DNA of 64,000 bases. Source: Lingula anatina. Its lineage: Eukaryota > Animalia > Brachiopoda. Positions 60,972 through 64,000 of the stretch are shown here, one piece after another. Both the position numbers and the translations under genes were made by a program. The DNA is taken from the NCBI GenBank assembly GCA_051362555.1, contig CM120640.1, positions 6,820,001-6,884,000 of the forward strand. The letters are read 5' to 3'. Each line of letters starts with the position of its first letter. The stretch's first letter is position 1. The notes below the pieces were generated by a model that was not told the DNA's origin, ran no database searches, and saw nothing but the letters and a program-made list of their open reading frames with translations.

Positions 60972-63900
60972 GTAAGGGCGAACGCTCAAATCAATATTGT
61001 ATTAAAGGAAAGGGGGTTATCGGCTTACTACACATTGCCTTAAAGTTCCACATGAATGTAGCTATGTCTCTATTTCACTCAAGAGATCAGGTTTTTCGCC
61101 CTCTTATAAACATTTGACAGCATATTTGATAGGGTCGTTGCGATTGCATGAACGTTAATTAGAATAAGTCAGCTAGGTAAGCATGCCTGGAATAAGAAAA
61201 GCACATACCTGGGTTTTGTTATGAAACGTGTTATATGTGCGTATAAAGAGGGAACTTACGAAGAGGTGCAACCATAGGACTGAAACATTTAGTGTATTGC
61301 AATCTTTATATTTACAATAGAAAGTAAAGATATAACACATACAATTTATGAGCAAGGAAAGGTCTTAAAATCACCCTGACATAAACTTCCATGCACTGAC
61401 ATATATAACAGGGGCGATGCATTCATCCGAAGGCTAAACGTACACACTAAGTAGTGCATATACTCTGGAGAATACAAATATTTGATCCAATAACTTACAG
61501 TGAACTACTTTCAAGGACATAAGTCGCAAAATTCTTTAGAATGTGAAGCATATCTGCACACCTTGAATGAGGAGATATTTTAGTTATAGGCTTACTGTAT
61601 TCAGTATTTCAATTCTTCTGCGCTTTTTACGCAAGGATATTTCATAGTGGTGTAGGCATATAAGATACATTGCTCCAAGAATTAGGTTGGTTTGTAATAC
61701 ATGTATATTAAATACAGTTAAAGAGAAGAAATGATCTGAAAGAATCTTGACCACCAGTCTCAACCGATAGATAGATATGCATATTGGAGAGAACTTTACA
61801 GCGTTTATGTTGGGGTGTAATACATGGACGGCGATACACGCTAATCAAGACCATGTGCATATTGTTCTCCTATACAGTGGTCCAATACCGTTATTGCTGC
61901 GTGAAATTCTTTCTTTTCAGTACATATGTTATTGCCCTACGCCTTCTATTCATTGATAACAATATGCTGCAATTTACCCTTTATGTCGATTGCGTATTAC
62001 TGAGGGCTACTTTGTACTTTGTGGCGGGCGATGTGACTGGACAAACACCGATGTATCATGCTTAGGTGGGGCATGGAACGCCGCAGTGACATGTGTATAC
62101 CATATATATGTAATGTCCACATTTATGAAAAGGAGTATGGGCGAGGCATTCTTACTGGGTACATGATTTTGGGACACGTTGAGTTTTTATCATATCTGTT
62201 TATCACCATCATCATCATCATCATCATTATTTTTGTTAAACTTAAAATTTCTAGAATTTTGATTCATCATAGTTATTATCAATTCATTTATTACATTTCA
62301 TTTTTATCTTTCCACTTATATTTATTATCTTTGAAGAAAAAGAAAATAAATATTTGCTGTTTTTTTTTCTTATCATATAAGTGAACGAAACCCAGATAGT
62401 TTTAATGCAGATCTCCATTACACTTCTCAATACAAAGTACTTGGTATATGGAATTTTTCTTCGGGAATTTTAATACGTAACTAGACCTGTTTGATGTCAA
62501 AGGACACAACAGATTGGTTTTAAGTTTGGTTAAAAGGATCTATGAAATATCAAGATATTTTCTCTTACTTGCATCAAAGGATGAAGAATAAGTTCAAATG
62601 CATTTTAACATGAAAACTGGAATGAAGTCCAGGTAACCGTTATGGTCTAAGAGTACCTGTTAAAAGCCCCATGCATGGTATACCTTCACCTACTATATTA
62701 AGTCCAGCCGGAATACTATTATACGACCATCTCTTTTGAAAAAACTGGAAATATGATACTCCTCCAGTATTGCTCCTGTGCTGCTTGATATTTACACAGA
62801 ATTTAACAACTGTACATGAAAGGAGGGTAGGCGAAATCTCCGGTCGATTTATATATCATTTATTATTAACTAAATTTTTAATAAACTATATTATTTATTA
62901 TTCATATTAACTATTTTTAATTTTTTATTTTGTTTGTTTTCAGCTTGAATATCATTAACTTTTGACATGCGTTTTATCACAATTGGCTCTAAATTCTTAT
63001 AAAAGTTAACATTTAATGATGTTTCTGCCTTCTTTAATATTTCTCTTCAGACTTTCTTTGTCCTCGCGATCTTTAACATGCATTGCTGAAATACCAATAA
63101 TGTGTCAAGAAAACTTTGGTTTGCCATTAGTAGTCATTTCAATATGCTTAACAGGTAAAAAATACCAAAGACGATCAAATTATGTCTTAAAGGTAACTAA
63201 AATAAGATGTGTCTTAACCAACATTACTGTTATGTTAATCTGTCCTGACAAATGGGATTCTTTGTGGTTAAAATACTGAAATTTTATCAAACTAATTTTA
63301 TCGTCAAAAAAGCACAATCTGGGTGTTATCTGGTGATGTTTCTCGATCAAAGAAATAAGGAGAATGATGGCCTTATAAAATCCATCTGTTACCCCGATCT
63401 CATTTCTCAAATACTTAGTCTTGACTTGGTTTTCATATCTTATGAAACAGAAAAAAATACTCGTGTTACGAAAAAGAAAAAATACTCACATTATAAATGA
63501 TATAAAAGATGCATTTTCACCATAGAAGATCAACGATACGGACCAGATACCTAGATTGACACGACTTTGGATTTGCCTCATACAAAAGAACGCAGCAGTG
63601 CATCAATATAATGACTTAACATAACATAGTTACCAAAGAGGGTGTCTGTTTCAAGGACATGAATCAGGATAATGTGTCCCCCATTCTTCCCATGCTTACT
63701 AAGTTTCAAACCTGCATGTTCTCATAATATGGTTTATGATGAAGGCATCATGGTCCGACATTGTTAGGGTGACAGTTAACCATGTATTAATCTGTTTCCG
63801 CAAGTACCAAACAGTTGGATAGGCGCGAAAACTGATTGTGGCAAATTTTTAACGGACCTGTCGTCTGTTAAGTTAGCCAGTTACCCAGTGATAGCTGAAT

Positions 63901-64000
63901 TTACTCTAAAGCCAAACACGCAAACACGTTGAAACAGCATCTGTATTTTAGGAGTATTGTTTATGAACATTTTAACCAGTGAAAACAGAAAAAAGGGAGG

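Noticed and set aside
63051-63154. Candidate second exon of the plus-strand gene
   Set aside because: It has AG and GT boundaries, but a phase-1 join to the 60908-60971 exon hits a stop within nine codons.

Overview
AT-rich genomic DNA of an invertebrate animal with intron-rich genes (a lophotrochozoan such as a mollusc is my guess from repeat types, not proven). I reconstructed the exons by hand. (1) 257-9559 (+): 3' part of TUBGCP2, 20 coding exons visible, including one U12-type AT-AC intron at 4248-4424. (2) 12.7-43.5 kb (-): three intact tandem 8-exon aquaporin paralogs (A, B, C). They have an AQP1/AQP4-like backbone but an aberrant pore: the second motif is NPC-I instead of NPA-R, the predicted ar/R filter is Met/Ile/Thr/Ile, and copy C has SPA instead of the first NPA. 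Their tails are His-rich with a CxxC and end in LTSM. The spacers suggest a deleted fourth copy, replaced by an LTR-like insert with a 100-bp tandem array. The cluster holds many DNA transposons whose ends and TSDs can be read by comparing paralogs, including a 7.3-kb IS3EU-like element with nested cargo. (3) 48087-59318 (-): a complete 23-exon ECT2L with a 319-codon Lys/Asp/Glu/Ser low-complexity exon. (4) ~60.9 kb (+): probable signal-peptide first exon of a divergently transcribed gene. No rRNA, tRNA or CRISPR array was seen.
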